From assembly GCA_012295275.1 (NCBI GenBank), contig CM022674.1, forward strand, positions 3,596,001-3,660,000: a DNA stretch of 64,000 nucleotides, read 5' to 3'. How positions within the stretch are numbered: position 1 is the stretch's first letter; each line of letters begins with the position of its first letter. The notes under the pieces are model-generated. The model was not told the origin of the DNA. It ran no database searches and worked only from the letters and a program-made list of their open reading frames with translations. The DNA comes from Chrysomallon squamiferum (lineage: Eukaryota; Animalia; Mollusca). The translations under genes and the position numbers were made by a program. Of the stretch, positions 42,971-64,000 are shown one piece after another.

Positions 42971-44624
42971 AAAAATAGCGACACTAATGGATTTTTTTTT
43001 TTATTTATTTATTTATTATTGTTTTTAAATGATATGTACTAACAGCCAACAAAGGCGATATAAAATTACATTTTCCTATCACAGTTAGAGGCAAACAGAA
43101 GAACAATAGCTATTGGGTGTCAGTTTTATTATATGCCAACAAGTAAATATTTTGCTAACTGAACTTTTGACCGCTTGGGGGTAATTTACAATTGTTAGAG
43201 CTAAACTTGTCGCTCAAAATAAATAATGAACAAAAGGACGTTTTATTTTTGGTTAACGGTGCTACGGTCTCGAAATATGTTGAAATTCTTCCCATTTGTT
43301 ATACGTTTACAAACAACATGAATTACAACATAATAATTAATAATTTTAGTTTTTATGATATATGATAGCGATATAATCAAATTATTATGGTATATTTCCC
43401 ATTCGTTATGCTTATTGTAACTGCGTAAATAAATATAACAAAAGTCTTTGGGATTTTATGACGTATAATGACAAAAGATATATATGGCGTCTCCCCCCCC
43501 GTTTATTATACATTTTAACAATTACAACAATAGTATAAAAAAAAAATAATAATTAATAATAAAATATATGAAGAATGAAAAAATAAAACAACGGTTTATA
43601 ATCTATAAATTATGGTATTCTCTTATTTGGCGCACACGTTATAATAATAAACTTAAACGTTGTTAATAACCGATTGATCTTTAATGACAGGCGAAAGAGC
43701 GGAAATAATTCATATTAATTAACTCAGCTGTACTTATTAATTAACACGCTTCTCAAATTAATTCCCTGTTATTATTGTCAGTAATGATCTACTATTATTC
43801 ATTATTATAATTATGCTCTATGATTATCATTGCTTAATTTTTATTCATGTTAATTATTAATTGTTATTCAGATTAACGAAACCATATGAAAATTAAATGC
43901 AGACAGTTTTATTATAAATAGATAGCGTTTGTTTGTCTTTTTTTTATTTTTATTTTTAATTTTATTTATTTTTTTCGCTACTGTGGAATGTTTTTGTTTG
44001 GCAAGGTAAGATAATTCTGTTATGTGTGGATGAAATGCAATAGCTATAAAGTACAGTCTGTTCAGCCAAATGTTTGTATATGTGATGACTAATCGCGAAT
44101 TCAGTTCTTCAAGTTACGTTTTGTTCGTATCAGATTACTGTTTTTACTTTCAATTAATTTTGTTCACGTTTGTGTTACTCCTAAAAGAAAAATGATTGTA
44201 TGAAATCATGTCACCATTTTTATCCCTTTTTTTTTTTTTTTTTTAGTTCTTATTTAATTTATAAAACTTTTTTATTATTACGATCTATTTATTGCTTGTT
44301 TTTTTCTCTTTTTTCGTGTTTGTTTTTTTATGTGTGTGGGTTTTTGTGGGTTATTTTTTGTTGTTGCTTTTTTTTTTTTTTTTTTTGTTTGTTTGTTTGT
44401 TTGTTTGGGTTTTTTTTTTTGTTTGTTTTCTGCTTTCTTTCTGTGGGTGTGAGTTTACCCAGTTTACACTGCGTCACAGCTGTTTTGGTTACCTGGTACA
44501 AAACGATTAATCTAGATAACGATATCAGTATTTGTTCACAGTTCGTGTGAGGAGTGAAATGGGTACCTATCAGCACCCAGGAATGTTTCAAACACACCTT
44601 CAGATATTTTCAGAACGAGTTTTA

Positions 44625-44935
44625 GAAGGAAATATTTTATTTAACTACTCACTGGAAATATTTCGTTTACTGTCAAATGACGTCGGAGATAAAGCGACAG
44701 ATCACTCAGATAACGAAATTCGCTGCCGCCATTTTATGTGATGATCTGTAAGATCAGCGGGAAGAGATCGTCTGCACGTACCATCCCATAGACAGGACAC
44801 TATAAATCACGTGTTTCATTACTCAACTTACGCAGCAGTGGCTGGATTGGGAAATAACCCAGCATGGCGTCAGGGAACTTTCTACAACTGATCTGCGTTC
44901 GCTCGCTGCACTGAAAGTACTCACCGCGAGCTTAT
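44625..44935 (-). mobile_element. Old, diverged tRNA-derived SINE of the type abundant in gastropods
   Basis: gaaggaaatattttatttaac...ccatcccatagacagga...ggctggattgggaaataaccc matches, from recall only, a common gastropod SINE consensus. A degenerate A-box-like head lies at the right end on the minus strand, and a short related fragment (ccacttcatgggctac) is at about 17422. Confidence 0.5.
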
Positions 44936-45217
44936 TGAATCACGTGACTCACGTGACTCACGTGGCATGCAATATATAACTGTTTATGAACTCCGATAGT
45001 TATGATGAAGCTGTTTAATAATTATTTTAAATCAGTGGTGTATGTATCTAAGGTCTGTCTGAAAAACATAAACACGCGCGCGCACACATACATACATATT
45101 TCTATTTTGAACTGCATACGTTATTTTCTAATGTTAATTTTTGTAATTTTGTAATTTTAATTATTATTATTTCTTTTCTTTCCTTTTTTTTAATATTTAT
45201 TTATTAATTAATATGAT

Positions 45218-45252
<35 letters not shown>

Positions 45253-46248
45253 TTTGGTGTGTGTGTTATCGCCGTTTAGTAAATACATTTTACAAATAGG
45301 CTGAATTCGAAGGGCGTTGCCGAATGACCCTCTCTGTCTCTACCCTGGGTCAAGGTAACTGACCGCCACCTGGATGGCAAATGATAAGTGGCGAGAGAGA
45401 GAAAAGGGGTAGGGTGGGGACATGCACACGTCGTGTTCAGTGGGTTAATTAAATAATTAATTAATTACACCTGTAAATGTTATAGGTAGTAGATATATAG
45501 AATGTGTTACCTGTGAAAATCTGTTAATATTATATTATATATAATTTGTTTTTTACTATATTTGTTTGTTTGTTATCTTTTTCTGGGTTTTTTGTTTTGT
45601 TTTGAGGGGGTTTTGGGTTTTTTCCCCCTGTGTAACTATAACTGGAGGTTTCGTTATCTAAATAAATGGATATTAATTATGGCATGCACGATTCTAGGGT
45701 CGGATAATATTAGAACAGCTTAAGGTTTAAATAAATAAATAAATCCGTCTTTTTCACATATCCAAATGTACATTTACAGATTTTTCTTTAAATAAGCGGA
45801 ATTAGGTGTCCATTTTCAAAACTTAAATCCCATTTCTCAAAATAATAATAATAATAAGATTTTTCTCCAGCCTTCTTCCTAAAGTCTTCTATATTTACCT
45901 TAATTTAATATTTTTAAGTGAATTTGTTTTCGTTTCTTCGTAAGTTTCTTTCTTTTCTTTTTATTTATATATTTCTCTTTTTTTTTTTTTTTTTTATTAA
46001 ATTTTCTTTATATATATTTTTTTTATTATTCTTTGGTTCTTTACCGATACAGCATCCCTACACATTTACTATTTCTTATCACACAGCCATAAATAAATCC
46101 CAAATGTTTATTTACTGTGCACATGCTTAGTTAAATTCCCGTTGTACCGTTACATGTTCATACCTGTACCGCCTTGTTTATTTTCACGTTTTGTAATTAT
46201 AATATTGTTAGCAATCAATAGCATACATAACGAGCAGATGCTAAGTAT

Positions 46249-46433
46249 GATAGAAACTACTGGCGAAAACCGCTAAATCAACCAATCAGAAGCGAAGCAG
46301 TTCGTAATCGGCGGTTTGGTTGACAACGTTTGTAACCATCTTAGATATATTTTGTTAAAAGAAGGTTGCGGTCCTGGTTAGAATCGAGTAGAAGGAGTTG
46401 AGTTTGTGTTCGTAGATTATTAATATTGTTCAA
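46249..46433 (+). promoter_or_regulatory. Promoter and non-coding exon 1 of LC8 copy 2
   Basis: GATAGAAACTACTG (46249), CCAAT (46282, same 33-nt spacing as copy 1), GTTGACAAC (46319) and donor CAA|gtaagt (46433). Confidence 0.6.
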
Positions 46434-46907
46434 GTAAGTTGTCGTTTTATTTCAAAGATTGTGTTCATATTCGATAATTCATAAATCGTTTATCTGCCGA
46501 TAGGCGCCATTTTTCAAGGATTGCATAAGTGTAGGTTTATAACATCAAATTTGTTAGCGGGAATGTCGATGAACGCTGATATTTTTTATATTGTATGTAG
46601 TTTCATTCTAGAATATATTACTGTATTCTTTTTCTTTGTAATCAGAGGTTAATTTTAATTTTGAAAATTGAAATAAGCTTCCGGGCCAAAATATGTTGTT
46701 TTATGTCTCTCAAATACATTTTAAAATAATACTAATATCGATTTCGGTTATATAAGTACTATGTTTTCATTAATAAAAAATAATACGTAGAAAATGTTGT
46801 AGTATAATTACGTTTGGTTTGTTGATATTTTAAAATTCCCACCTCTCGCTCACCCCCGGAAACAGAATGAATGTTCGACGTGAAATTTTATTAGATGATT
46901 AATCATT

Positions 46908-46949
<42 letters not shown>

Positions 46950-47214
46950 TGAGCCATCAAACACCTAGAAAAGCATATAATATAATAACGAATATATTCA
47001 GTTAATAATGGTTGAGCTCAGGCCAGAAATGCATTTGGTTTACCATTACGATTATCCAAAAACAGCTACATACTATTCCAACAATTTCTATATTTATCCG
47101 AGTTATAAAAAGATATATATATATTTTAGATATATATATTTTTTTTTTTGTTTGTTAATTATTTATGTTTAAATAACTTTATTTTAAAATAGTTTTTTTT
47201 ATCATTACATATGA

Positions 47215-47562
<348 letters not shown>

Positions 47563-48923
47563 GCTGTCGCTAACAATAAGAACAAAAATTTACAAAATCG
47601 AGTCCCGAACTGTTGCAGTTACAGTTTTAACAAAATTGAGTTTATTATTTTTAATTATGACAGAACATCTAATCAGATTATTGGGCGGCAAAATATTGCA
47701 GTTTCTTGAAAATAAGTATCTGCCAATAAAGGAACTGTTCTATAAATAGTTAGTGTCATTATTCCAAACAACTTCTTTTTTAAGTTTTATTTATCTCTAT
47801 TTTTTTTTTTATTTTTTTTTTTTTATTGCTTGTTATGAAGTATGGGGCATAATATTGATATTCCTTCTGTATTAATTTTAGATTTTTTTAAAACTTAAAT
47901 TTGTGGATAGCAGTTCTGCAGAATTTGTTCTACGCCATTTGTGAGATGATAATGCAAAATGAGAAATCCAAGACAATTTGAAGCACAGAATGTGGAAAAT
48001 GACGTTTTGCCTTGTTGTATACAATGTTTTGTTTTCTCTTTCTATTTTTTTTAAATATATTTTTGCTTTCTGGCAAATTAAGAAATTTGTTATCATTAAA
48101 AAAAAAAAAAAATTATATATATAATGCATTTACTTGACTTGGATTTTTCTTTGTGTGTGTGTGTTTGTATGTGGTTTTTGAATATCAAAATATCATAAAT
48201 ACTGAGTCATTTTTAGCAGCATTTTTATTTCTTTCTAGAAACAGGTTTTTTGTTTAGCTGTAACCTGTTTTCTAATGGGTGCAATACTGATATTGTTACA
48301 AATGATTCTTATAGCATTTTTTTTCTCTCTCTCTCTCTAGGCCTTTGTATGTACAGTCCTTTGAATAGGAATGTATATATAACTTATGAACTATCCCTTA
48401 TTATTACTATTTAAATAATAATACCTCTAAATCTGGGTTGGGCAAATGATTGATGGGACTATCCAAAAGCCAAAAGGCTTTCATTAAACATCAGGTTATA
48501 CAGGTATAAGATTAATCTGATATTTTTGTTCTTTTCTTCTTATTTCTCAGGGTTTTGGGGTATTTTTTTTTTTTTTTTTTTGTTTTTAATTTTTTTTTAA
48601 TGTGTATATTTTATAATTATCTCAAAGTTTACTTACTTTTTATTACAGACATTTAATACTGATAATATTTACTTTTTAACATTTATTTTTCAATGAAAGC
48701 TGAAGCATTCTATAAATAGGTTGTCAGTGCAAAAATGTGCATAACTCTCCTCTAGATAATATCATTTGTTTACCTTTATACAACATTGATGGTGGTCAAC
48801 TGATGTTTAAACATGCAGGTTGTTAACTTTAATTTATTTCAATTTCTTACAACTGGCTTGTGTGGTATGGTTAGTCAACCAATACAGAAACAAAGGTGCT
48901 GGGTTCACATCCTGTTACTGTTA

Positions 48924-48960
<37 letters not shown>

Positions 48961-49142
48961 CTTTTTTTTTTTTAAGTTTACAAAGTGACTACATTCTTCT
49001 AATTTCATGTTATAACTTGAATTGGTCAACAGCTGAAGTAAGAACATTAAAATAAAGTGTTTTTATGCATTCCTTTTTTAACTTGACTGAATAGAATTTT
49101 ATCTGTTACATGATTGTTATTTAAATATCTGATGTTTTTTCA

Positions 49143-49288
49143 TTTTTTATTACTTTTAAAAAAAAACCCACATTTATGTTCATTTATTTAATAACTTATG
49201 TGGATAAAAGCTTACAATTTTTTATTACTTTTAAAAAACCCCACATTTATGTTCATTTATTTAATAACTTATGTGGATAAAAGCTTAC
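49143..49288. repeat. Tandem duplication of about 72 bp
   Basis: ttttttattacttttaaaaaa(aaa)cccacatttatgttcatttatttaataacttatgtggataaaagcttac occurs twice. Confidence 0.85.
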
Positions 49289-50658
49289 TAAATACCAGAT
49301 GCATGTATTGTTGTGTGTCTGTATACACATATACGTCATAAATTTAAAAACCTGCTGATTTTAGATAATTAGCAAAACAGTTATCTTAACAGGACAACCA
49401 GCCAGATCAAACTAAAATGACATAACAAAAGTCGTTGTCAGATAAGCCTGTGTTTAATAGTCCCTGCAGAAAGAGTTAGACTGATATTTTCCATGTTACA
49501 AATGACTAGAGCAGTAATAGCTACTGTTTTCCAGTGTGATGACCTTTCGCTACAAGCCTTATTTTATTTTTATTTTATGTTATTTTTTTTTGAGCTGACA
49601 TTTAAAAAATGAAAATAAGATTAAGCAGCAGCAGGTATCTTTGATAATGTATTTTACTATAGCAACATTATTTAAAAATTTTTTTTTTATTTTATTTTTT
49701 TATTTATTTTATATATATATATATACACACACACACATATATATATATTTCCCCCCCTTCTTGTTATCTAGAAATGTCAGCTATAATACGTAATGTAACA
49801 TCAGATGTATTTCAATGTCTAATCTTTTACTAACTCTTTGACAGAAAAGTGCTGCTTTAATCTTCATAATTACAAAGATGGTCAGTAACCTATCTGGCTA
49901 GAGCTAATTATGGACAATTAGTATAACAGACTGCAACCAATATAATGAGCAGTACCTGCTTGCGTTGGTTAATTAACAGGTTTTTTCCATTCTGGATTGA
50001 TTCAGTCATATTCTAATTGTTGGCAGAGATCATTTCTTCAGAGGGTATCTTAGTGTAAAATAACGGGAATCAAGTATGTCAAAGTTTAGAAGAAATTAAT
50101 TAATATTGCTGCAGTTCATTTCTGATATTTACTTCTAATGTGCCATATTTAGAAACACCAGTAACTGATTGTGTTAGCTTTGGAACAAATAGAAAAAGTC
50201 CTATTAAAAAAAAATAAAACCCAGAGAAAGACAAATTAAATGCTAAAACAAATTGTTGGATGTTTGGGTGAAGGTGAGAAGGAAAGCAGAGATGTTGGTA
50301 TGCACTGATAACAATGATCATCTTACAAAAACGAAAGGCAGTGAAAAGTTAACATGAAAATATAATTTGGTCTGGAAATGGTTCCAAGATGCAACTGCTC
50401 ATAGAATAAATGTCATTAGTCCACTAACTAAAAAGAAGGTGAATGTTGATGAATGTGGATCCTTAATAGATCTAATGCAAACACACTGACATCTTTGTAC
50501 AAACTGTATATGAAGCAACATTTGTCTGGTTCCATGATAGGCTGTCACTGACATGTATATGTGTGTATATATAGATATATTATCTATATCTCTATCTGTC
50601 TATATATGTGTCTATCAATATATATATATATGAATATAAAAACATAGATACATATGTA

Positions 50659-50707
<49 letters not shown>

Positions 50708-51521
50708 ATATGTATCTATATATATGTATATATATTTATATATATAAACATACATATATATATAGATATAAATAATATATCTATACATATACATGTCAGT
50801 GACAGACACACACACATACACATATATATATCCTTAATATTTATTTATGTTTAAATCTTCATGATAATTCTGTTCACCAGTTAAAATCATAGTTTAATGA
50901 AAACCATCAACATTGATTCCCCCATCAAGGAGATTTGATCTCACCACCGATTATGCTTCAGTCAAATTATCTACCCTTGATTATACTTACTTACCCACGT
51001 GATCTGTTAAATGAAACTTCAGTTATTTATTTGTGAATAAGAAGCATTAGATTGTTTTTTTTTGTTGTTGTTTTTTTTAAATTTTATTGTTCCTTGCCCC
51101 ATTTCAAATAACTTTTAAGGTTTTGGCCTCTGGTTTAAATTTCTATACTGTGGTTGATGTATGATAAATTATATAATGTGGTTATAAGTATTTATAAGTT
51201 GTAAATTTATCACCTTGTGTCCTCTATGCCTTTCAAGAGTTCTTCTGCATTAAATTAACACCCATGAATATCTATATATATATATATATATATGTTGAAG
51301 TTATCAGTTTATGGTTTTAAAAACATTTAAAAATTTAACTGTAATAGACTGAGGGATGAACAAATTTATGTTTGTCGACAGAAGGAAAAACCTTGCATGG
51401 GAATGGATGAATTCATTTTTCTTTAAAGAGTTAATGGTAATAGAAAAACTACTGCACTATTGCATGGTCTGTAAGTCTGCTTTTAGTACAAGTAGATTTA
51501 TTTTCTCTTCCAACAAGGACA

Positions 51522-51566
<45 letters not shown>

Positions 51567-51683
51567 CTAGATTAAATATGAGTGTAGTGTTAAATAAATT
51601 GAATAATTTAAAACAAACAACATATGTATATAAAGTTTTATTTTTAAGGCTTTTTTTTTAGCCTGAATTTTTTCATCACTATT

Positions 51684-51723
<40 letters not shown>

Positions 51724-51824
51724 TAATGATCATCATAATCATCATCATCATTTTTTGATTAATTTATTTTTTATCACACCATACTACATTAACACCATTA
51801 TTTCATTTTGCTTATTTGTGTTAA

Positions 51825-51872
<48 letters not shown>

Positions 51873-51902
51873 GAAGATGTCCGCATTACTAAGTAATTTC
51901 AC

Positions 51903-57861
<5,959 letters not shown>

Positions 57862-58089
57862 GATGTTTTAACTTCTGAAATAAAGTAAAATAACAGTAGT
57901 AATAAAAGTAATCATACTGGTAGTAATAGTAGTAATATTTGTATGGTAGTAACATTATTATTAGAAAAGTATTGTAGTAACAGTAGTAACAGTAGCATAA
58001 GTAATTGTAATAAGAGTATTAATAGAAATAGTATAGTATTAGTAACAGTAGGTTTTGATTGTACTAGTAGTAATATTAATAACAGCAGC

Positions 58090-58121
<32 letters not shown>

Positions 58122-58525
58122 TAGTGGTAGTAATAGTTGTAGTAGTAATAGTGGTAGTAGTAGTAGTTGTAGTATGGTAGTAGTAGTAGTATAGTAGTAG
58201 TAGTATAGTAGTAGTAGCAATAGAAGTATCATTGGTATTACTGCTACTTACTAAATGTAGAAACAAAATTAAAAATTAATATTTATCTTTTTCTTTCTCT
58301 ATTAAGCTCAAGGAAGTAAGTTTTAAAATGTAAATTAAACGTATTTTATTTATTTATATTTATTTTTATTTTTATTTTTTTTTTTTTTTTTTTTATTTTT
58401 ATTATTATTATATTTCCATTTTTTTTTATTTTTTTTTTGTTAGTAAAACCTCTATTTATCATGTAACTCGTTTTTTTTTTTTTTATTATTATTTAAATCT
58501 TGTTTATTCTTTTTCATTTATCATT

Positions 58526-58557
<32 letters not shown>

Positions 58558-59162
58558 CTTTTCTTCATTTTTAAAAAGCCTGTTTCTAGTGTTCAGACTG
58601 CACTCCTCCGAACTGGAATTAATTTAAATTTAAATAACAATATATATATATATATAAACATACATTACGTAGAAGTGAAAGATTTATATTTTAAAAAAGA
58701 AAACGATTAAAATTACATGACATTGCGATGGCCTGTAAGCGCTCGTAATTTTTAAACTGACACAATCTCGGTACATCGGGGTGATTAATTTTAGGCTCGC
58801 AGTCAACAAATCTTAGAACAATTATACTGCTGGACTGAATGTCATAATAAGTCACTTCTGTTAGACTGTCCCTTAGTTTTTAATGTACCTTTGTGAAGCC
58901 ATTCATCAAGTCTTTGTGTATAATGTAGCATGTCCTAATGTGCTTGTGCTTGTCATTTTAAAGGTTGTTGTCAACGAAAGTTTTGTTACTTCTTGATATC
59001 CGTAACGTATTCCTTATACGAAGATTCGCGTTGGGTTAAAGGAAAGCTGTCATTTGATAATTCGTTGCCAGATTTGTTTCTTTTCTGTTGTTGTTGTTGT
59101 TGTTTTTTTTTAAAAGGGAGGGTTTTGTTTATTTGTTTTGTTTTGTTTTGTTTGTTATTTAC

Positions 59163-59207
<45 letters not shown>

Positions 59208-59450
59208 TTTTTAGTTTTTTTTTGCTTTTTTCTTTGCTTTTTCTTGTTGTTGTTTTTCTTTCTTTCTTTTGTTTTTTTTCTCCCCATTTTTTTTTCTAGT
59301 TTGTTGTTATTTTTATTGTATACATTTTTTTATTACTTTCTTTTTCTTTATTTTGTTTTTCATTATTTTTCATTATTTTTAATTTTTTCATCTTTTTCTT
59401 CTTTTATATTTTATTTTTTCTTTGTATTTCTCATATTTCCTTTTTTTTTA

Positions 59451-59830
59451 AATAATCACACTGATTAAAAAAGAAATTGTTTACACACATACACACACAC
59501 ATTATACATATTATTTTTTTATTATTATTTCTTTATTTTTTTTAATTTACTTTTATTTTATTTCGCTTTTTCTTTCATTCTTTCATTTTTTTTTATAAAT
59601 AATCACATTGATTAAAAAGGAATTGTTTACACACATACACACACATTATACATATTATTTTTTATATATTTTTTTTATTTCTTATTTTTTTAATTTACTT
59701 TTATTTATTTCGCTTTTTCTTTCATTCTTTCCGCTTTATTTTTTTAAATATTATTTGTTTTATTTTTTTAATTTACTTTTATTTTACTTCGCTTTTTCCT
59801 TCCTTCATTTTTTATTTTTTTATTTTTATT
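59451..59830. repeat. AT-rich tandem duplication of about 147 bp, with a partial third copy
   Basis: aaataatcacaYtgattaaaaaRgaa..tgtttacacacatacacacacacattatacatattatttt at 59451 and about 59597. Confidence 0.75.
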
Positions 59831-60291
59831 TTTTTTTTTTTTTTTTTTTTTTTCCCCGTTATAATTTTCAAAATACTTCAACCAACACCGGCGGTCACTG
59901 AACTGTAAATATTTCTTTATAACCTCAAAAAAACAACTAAGCTGCCGGTACGTTATAGCCTCAAAACACACTATTCAAGCAGCTGGAATTTGCATCAGTT
60001 TTAATCCCGTTTTCCAGTTCACTAATAAACACACACATGTGTACGCACTTTCACAAACGCATATGGTGATGATAACGAAGTTTAATTTTTGAACAAATAA
60101 ATAAAACTGGTCGTTAAAATAGGACGGGTTTCGGTGGCAGAACGTACGTGGTGAGAGTTATTGCAGTTTCGTTGACAGTGAAATGATTTTCTGTAAAATA
60201 CTGAGCGTGAAGGATGAAATAAATAACTGTAATAAAAAAAAATAATGGTAAATAAATAATCATTAAAAAAAACCAAAAATCGTAATTAAAA

Positions 60292-60322
<31 letters not shown>

Positions 60323-60688
60323 GTTGTGTGTGAAGTATGAAATTAATAACTGTAAAAAAAAAAAAATAGCGGTAAATAAATAATCATAAAAATACAGCAG
60401 CAGCAGCAGTAATAGTAGTAGCAGCAGCAGTAGTAGCAGTAGCAATAGTTGATGTTGTTGCAGTAGTAATGGTGGTAGCAGCAGCAGCAGCAGTAGCAGT
60501 AGTAGTAGTAGTAGTGATGGTGGTGGTGCTGATGGAAGTAGTAGCAATAGTTGCAGCAATAGTAGTACTGATACACACAAACAAAACAAATAACAATGAG
60601 ACTAACAAATAAATAAATAAATAAGTAAACAACAAATAAGGTAAAAAAACAAAACAAACAAACGATGAGACAAACGGACAAAACTTAC

Positions 60689-60913
60689 GAAACGAGCGAA
60701 ATATATCCTCTCACTCTGTCTTCCAGCCTCCTGTGGTGGTAACTAACTTTGTGTAGTCTCTCCTCCAATGCATTTCTTTCCCATGAAATCTGATCACACA
60801 TCGAGTTTGTTTAGTATGCTTAGTACAATCCACCATCAGGAACTGAATTTATCTGGTCACGTTCCCGTCTTTCTGTGCAGTTTGAAGAAAAAATAAACCA
60901 AAAAAAATACAAA
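60689..60913 (-). other. Candidate 5'UTR exon of the alkaline phosphatase gene
   Basis: Unique-sequence island bounded by acceptor tttacag| (60913) and donor |gtaagt (60689). The first coding exon has an acceptor 13 nt before its ATG, so upstream exons must exist. Confidence 0.35.
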
Positions 60914-60989
60914 CTGTAAACAGAGATCCGTTATCTTCTGTATTTTTGCGGATAGGAAAGTTTGTTTATATATATATATATATATATAT

Positions 60990-61112
<123 letters not shown>

Positions 61113-61569
61113 TGCTTTTGTTTTCTTTTAACGTAATTTGCTTTTCTGACACTGCTTTCGCACTTTGGCCACTGTTTAATTCACATTCCTAAGTCAATGA
61201 ACCCGCTCTGGTTTACGCCCCATTTTTGCTTTCAAAGTTCGTCGCAAATGTGAAAAAAAAGAGAGGAAATTAGAGAAAGAAAACTAATCCGGAACCACAT
61301 TTACGATAGTTATGTCAACGTACTAGAAGAAAGTAAACACTTTTCTTTTGAGCTCCAGTAAACTGTTTTGATTTTATTTAACTTCTGTCCGCATAATATT
61401 TATTTCATCATTCACTGTCTTATGCAATCTTCCTATTTTTAATTTTCAATTTATTTATTTTTTTTTTTTTTTTTTTTCTGTTTCATGCCAGATTTATTCA
61501 TTATAATTTTTCAGTTTTCTTTTTCATAATCGTTATGTTTCTTTTTTCATTCATTTTGTTTTATCGATG

Positions 61570-61675
<106 letters not shown>

Positions 61676-61920
61676 CTATGGTTTTGCTGTTTATCACGCT
61701 CTCTCTCATGTTCTTTTCTCAATTCTATGTTAGTTCCTTTTGTTGGCAGACATACAGACAGACAAATATACAGACAGATACACAACAACAATCACAGAGA
61801 ACAAAAAGGCAGGTAGCTAGACTATCGAATGTATTGAAGGATATATGGATGGATGAACAGATAGATAGCTAAATGGATGGATGATAAACCAGTAATAAAG
61901 AAATACAGAAACTTATAAAT

Positions 61921-61993
<73 letters not shown>

Positions 61994-63572
61994 AACAAAT
62001 ATTAAAGAAAGATACCTACAGAAACAAAGATAATATTAGATATTTTTTTTTTATGTTAATAGATTATTATCACATGTAAATATTCAAGTTCTCATATTAA
62101 AGTCTGATCTATTCCGCAAATTTATCTGCCACGAACACAACACTTCAAAGCTGTCACGTGATATGGACAGTCTGTGACTGTGTAAATGAACTGTTTACTT
62201 CTGATCTTATTAACCTGTTTCAAAAACATTCTTTGTCAGAACCAAGCCCCCAGGAGGTCCTAATGTTCAGGAGAGATGAAGAACAGAAGAAAGAAAAATA
62301 TTAATTATTAATGATCAATAAATAAATAAATAAATAAATAAATAAATACATAAACATATGTATATATGCGCACGTATCTAAATACATACCTGCCTACATA
62401 CACAGACACACATATACACATGCACACACACACACACACTTTCCCAAATGTTGTCCATATGCAGAATTTGATCAGACGAACACAAGACAACAGAATATTT
62501 GTTCCTAAATATATAAATAGGCATACATGCTTAATATTATACATTCACTAAAACACACTCTAGCACACACACACACACACACACACACGCACGCACGCAC
62601 ATACAAGCACAGACACACACACATTCAGATAAATTCCAATGACTACACCGGTAGCAACAATAATAACAGCATCAAGTTAAGTCGCATTATAAATATTTGT
62701 AATGTTATAGTAGCAGCATAATTCACACGACAAATATTTGCATGTTCTTGCTCAGTTTTTGAAAAATAAATAAATACAACAAAAAAAAAAATTAAAAATA
62801 AAGTAGAACAGCGCAAAAGTTAAAAGTGCCAGCCTGGAAGTGTATCAGAGTACACAAGCACGTGGACATGTTGAGATGTTCTTATTATTTCTGTGTTTGT
62901 TTTGTATCTCTTGAAACTGACCTAGTAAGTGTAGACACTCTAGGTAATACAAATATAAACCGCCGCGTGGTTTGACCTAGTGGTTTACTAGCAACCCGGA
63001 CGCGAAATTTCTGAAATATTTTTTGTTCTTTGTTGAAGTCCTCACCTTTTGAATTCATTATGGCCAAGGACTGTGATAGTCTAATAACGTGAAAGTAACG
63101 TAATGTAATTAAATAAATACGTAAAAAAAAAAGAGTAAATAAATATACAAATAAGTAAATAAATAAATAAATAAATTAAATTAAATTAAATTAAATTAAA
63201 TTAAATTAAATAACATAAAATAAATGTTCATTAAATGTACCATTCAGTAATTTAGACATTTTGCTAATTTTTAATAGTATCTTTGTGCTTAATATTGTTT
63301 AACGGCAGAATTAGTATTTCGTGAATTCCGTCACCTTCAGGCGTACGTTTTAACCCTTTCAAGGTTGAGCATTAGTCTATCACATTGTTAAAGACAACTT
63401 CATCCATATTTCAACTTAGAAATGTTAATAATAATGGTAAAAACTTCATCATTTGTGGGATATTTATTAACAATATTAACGTTAATCTTTTACGAAAAAG
63501 AGATTTGACAGTTTCGAAGTCTCTGTGTTTTTCTGCTTCTCTTTATCTCTCTCTTTACCTCTCTATTCTATT

Positions 63573-63607
<35 letters not shown>

Positions 63608-64000
63608 ATCTATATATATATATATCTGTGTCTATGTCTATGTTAATACTAAAATATAGATGCATATATATATATATATATATATGCATATCGGAGCAAT
63701 ATACTAATACATATTCATGAATACAAACTTACTTCGAATATTACATTACCCATTCCATACACCTGCGCGATTTATTCTGTATGACGTGACGTAACATAAA
63801 CTCTGACCGTCAAGACGGCAACATACATTAGTTTAACTAACGCCAAATGGTGTAATAATAATTCTTATGTGTGAACATGCCTTTAGATTAGTCACTGTCA
63901 TCGCGTGATTCCAGTATGTTGAAAATAACGTGCAGATAATTTGACCTTTGGTTCGCTTACGTCAGTAGTGACTTTATTTATTTATTAACTTATTTATTTA

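Overview
AT-rich, microsatellite-dense animal genomic DNA, probably a mollusc or gastropod (inferred from repeat content). Almost all of the supplied short ORFs are simple-repeat artefacts. Hand splicing (GT-AG, phase-consistent) recovers these genes. (1) An unrecognised 8-exon minus-strand gene (12860-16732) for a 222-aa protein with a signal peptide, two tandem 8-cysteine domains and a GPI-type tail. A diverged paralog (exons at 5647-5692 and 730-862) runs off the left edge. The locus also has tandem and inverted duplications and shared kappaB, CCAAT, octamer and TATA promoter blocks. (2) A CAT-4/SLC7A4-like cationic amino acid transporter (minus strand, 639 aa) whose splice donor has been amplified into a minisatellite. 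(3) A decayed FLYWCH/MULE transposon. (4) Two tandem LC8 dynein light chain genes sharing a 100-bp gene-conversion-like tract. (5) A GPI-type alkaline phosphatase with 10 coding exons (minus strand, 529 aa). The best candidate for a novel system is the rapidly diversifying Cys-rich GPI-type family at about 0.7-22.5 kb.
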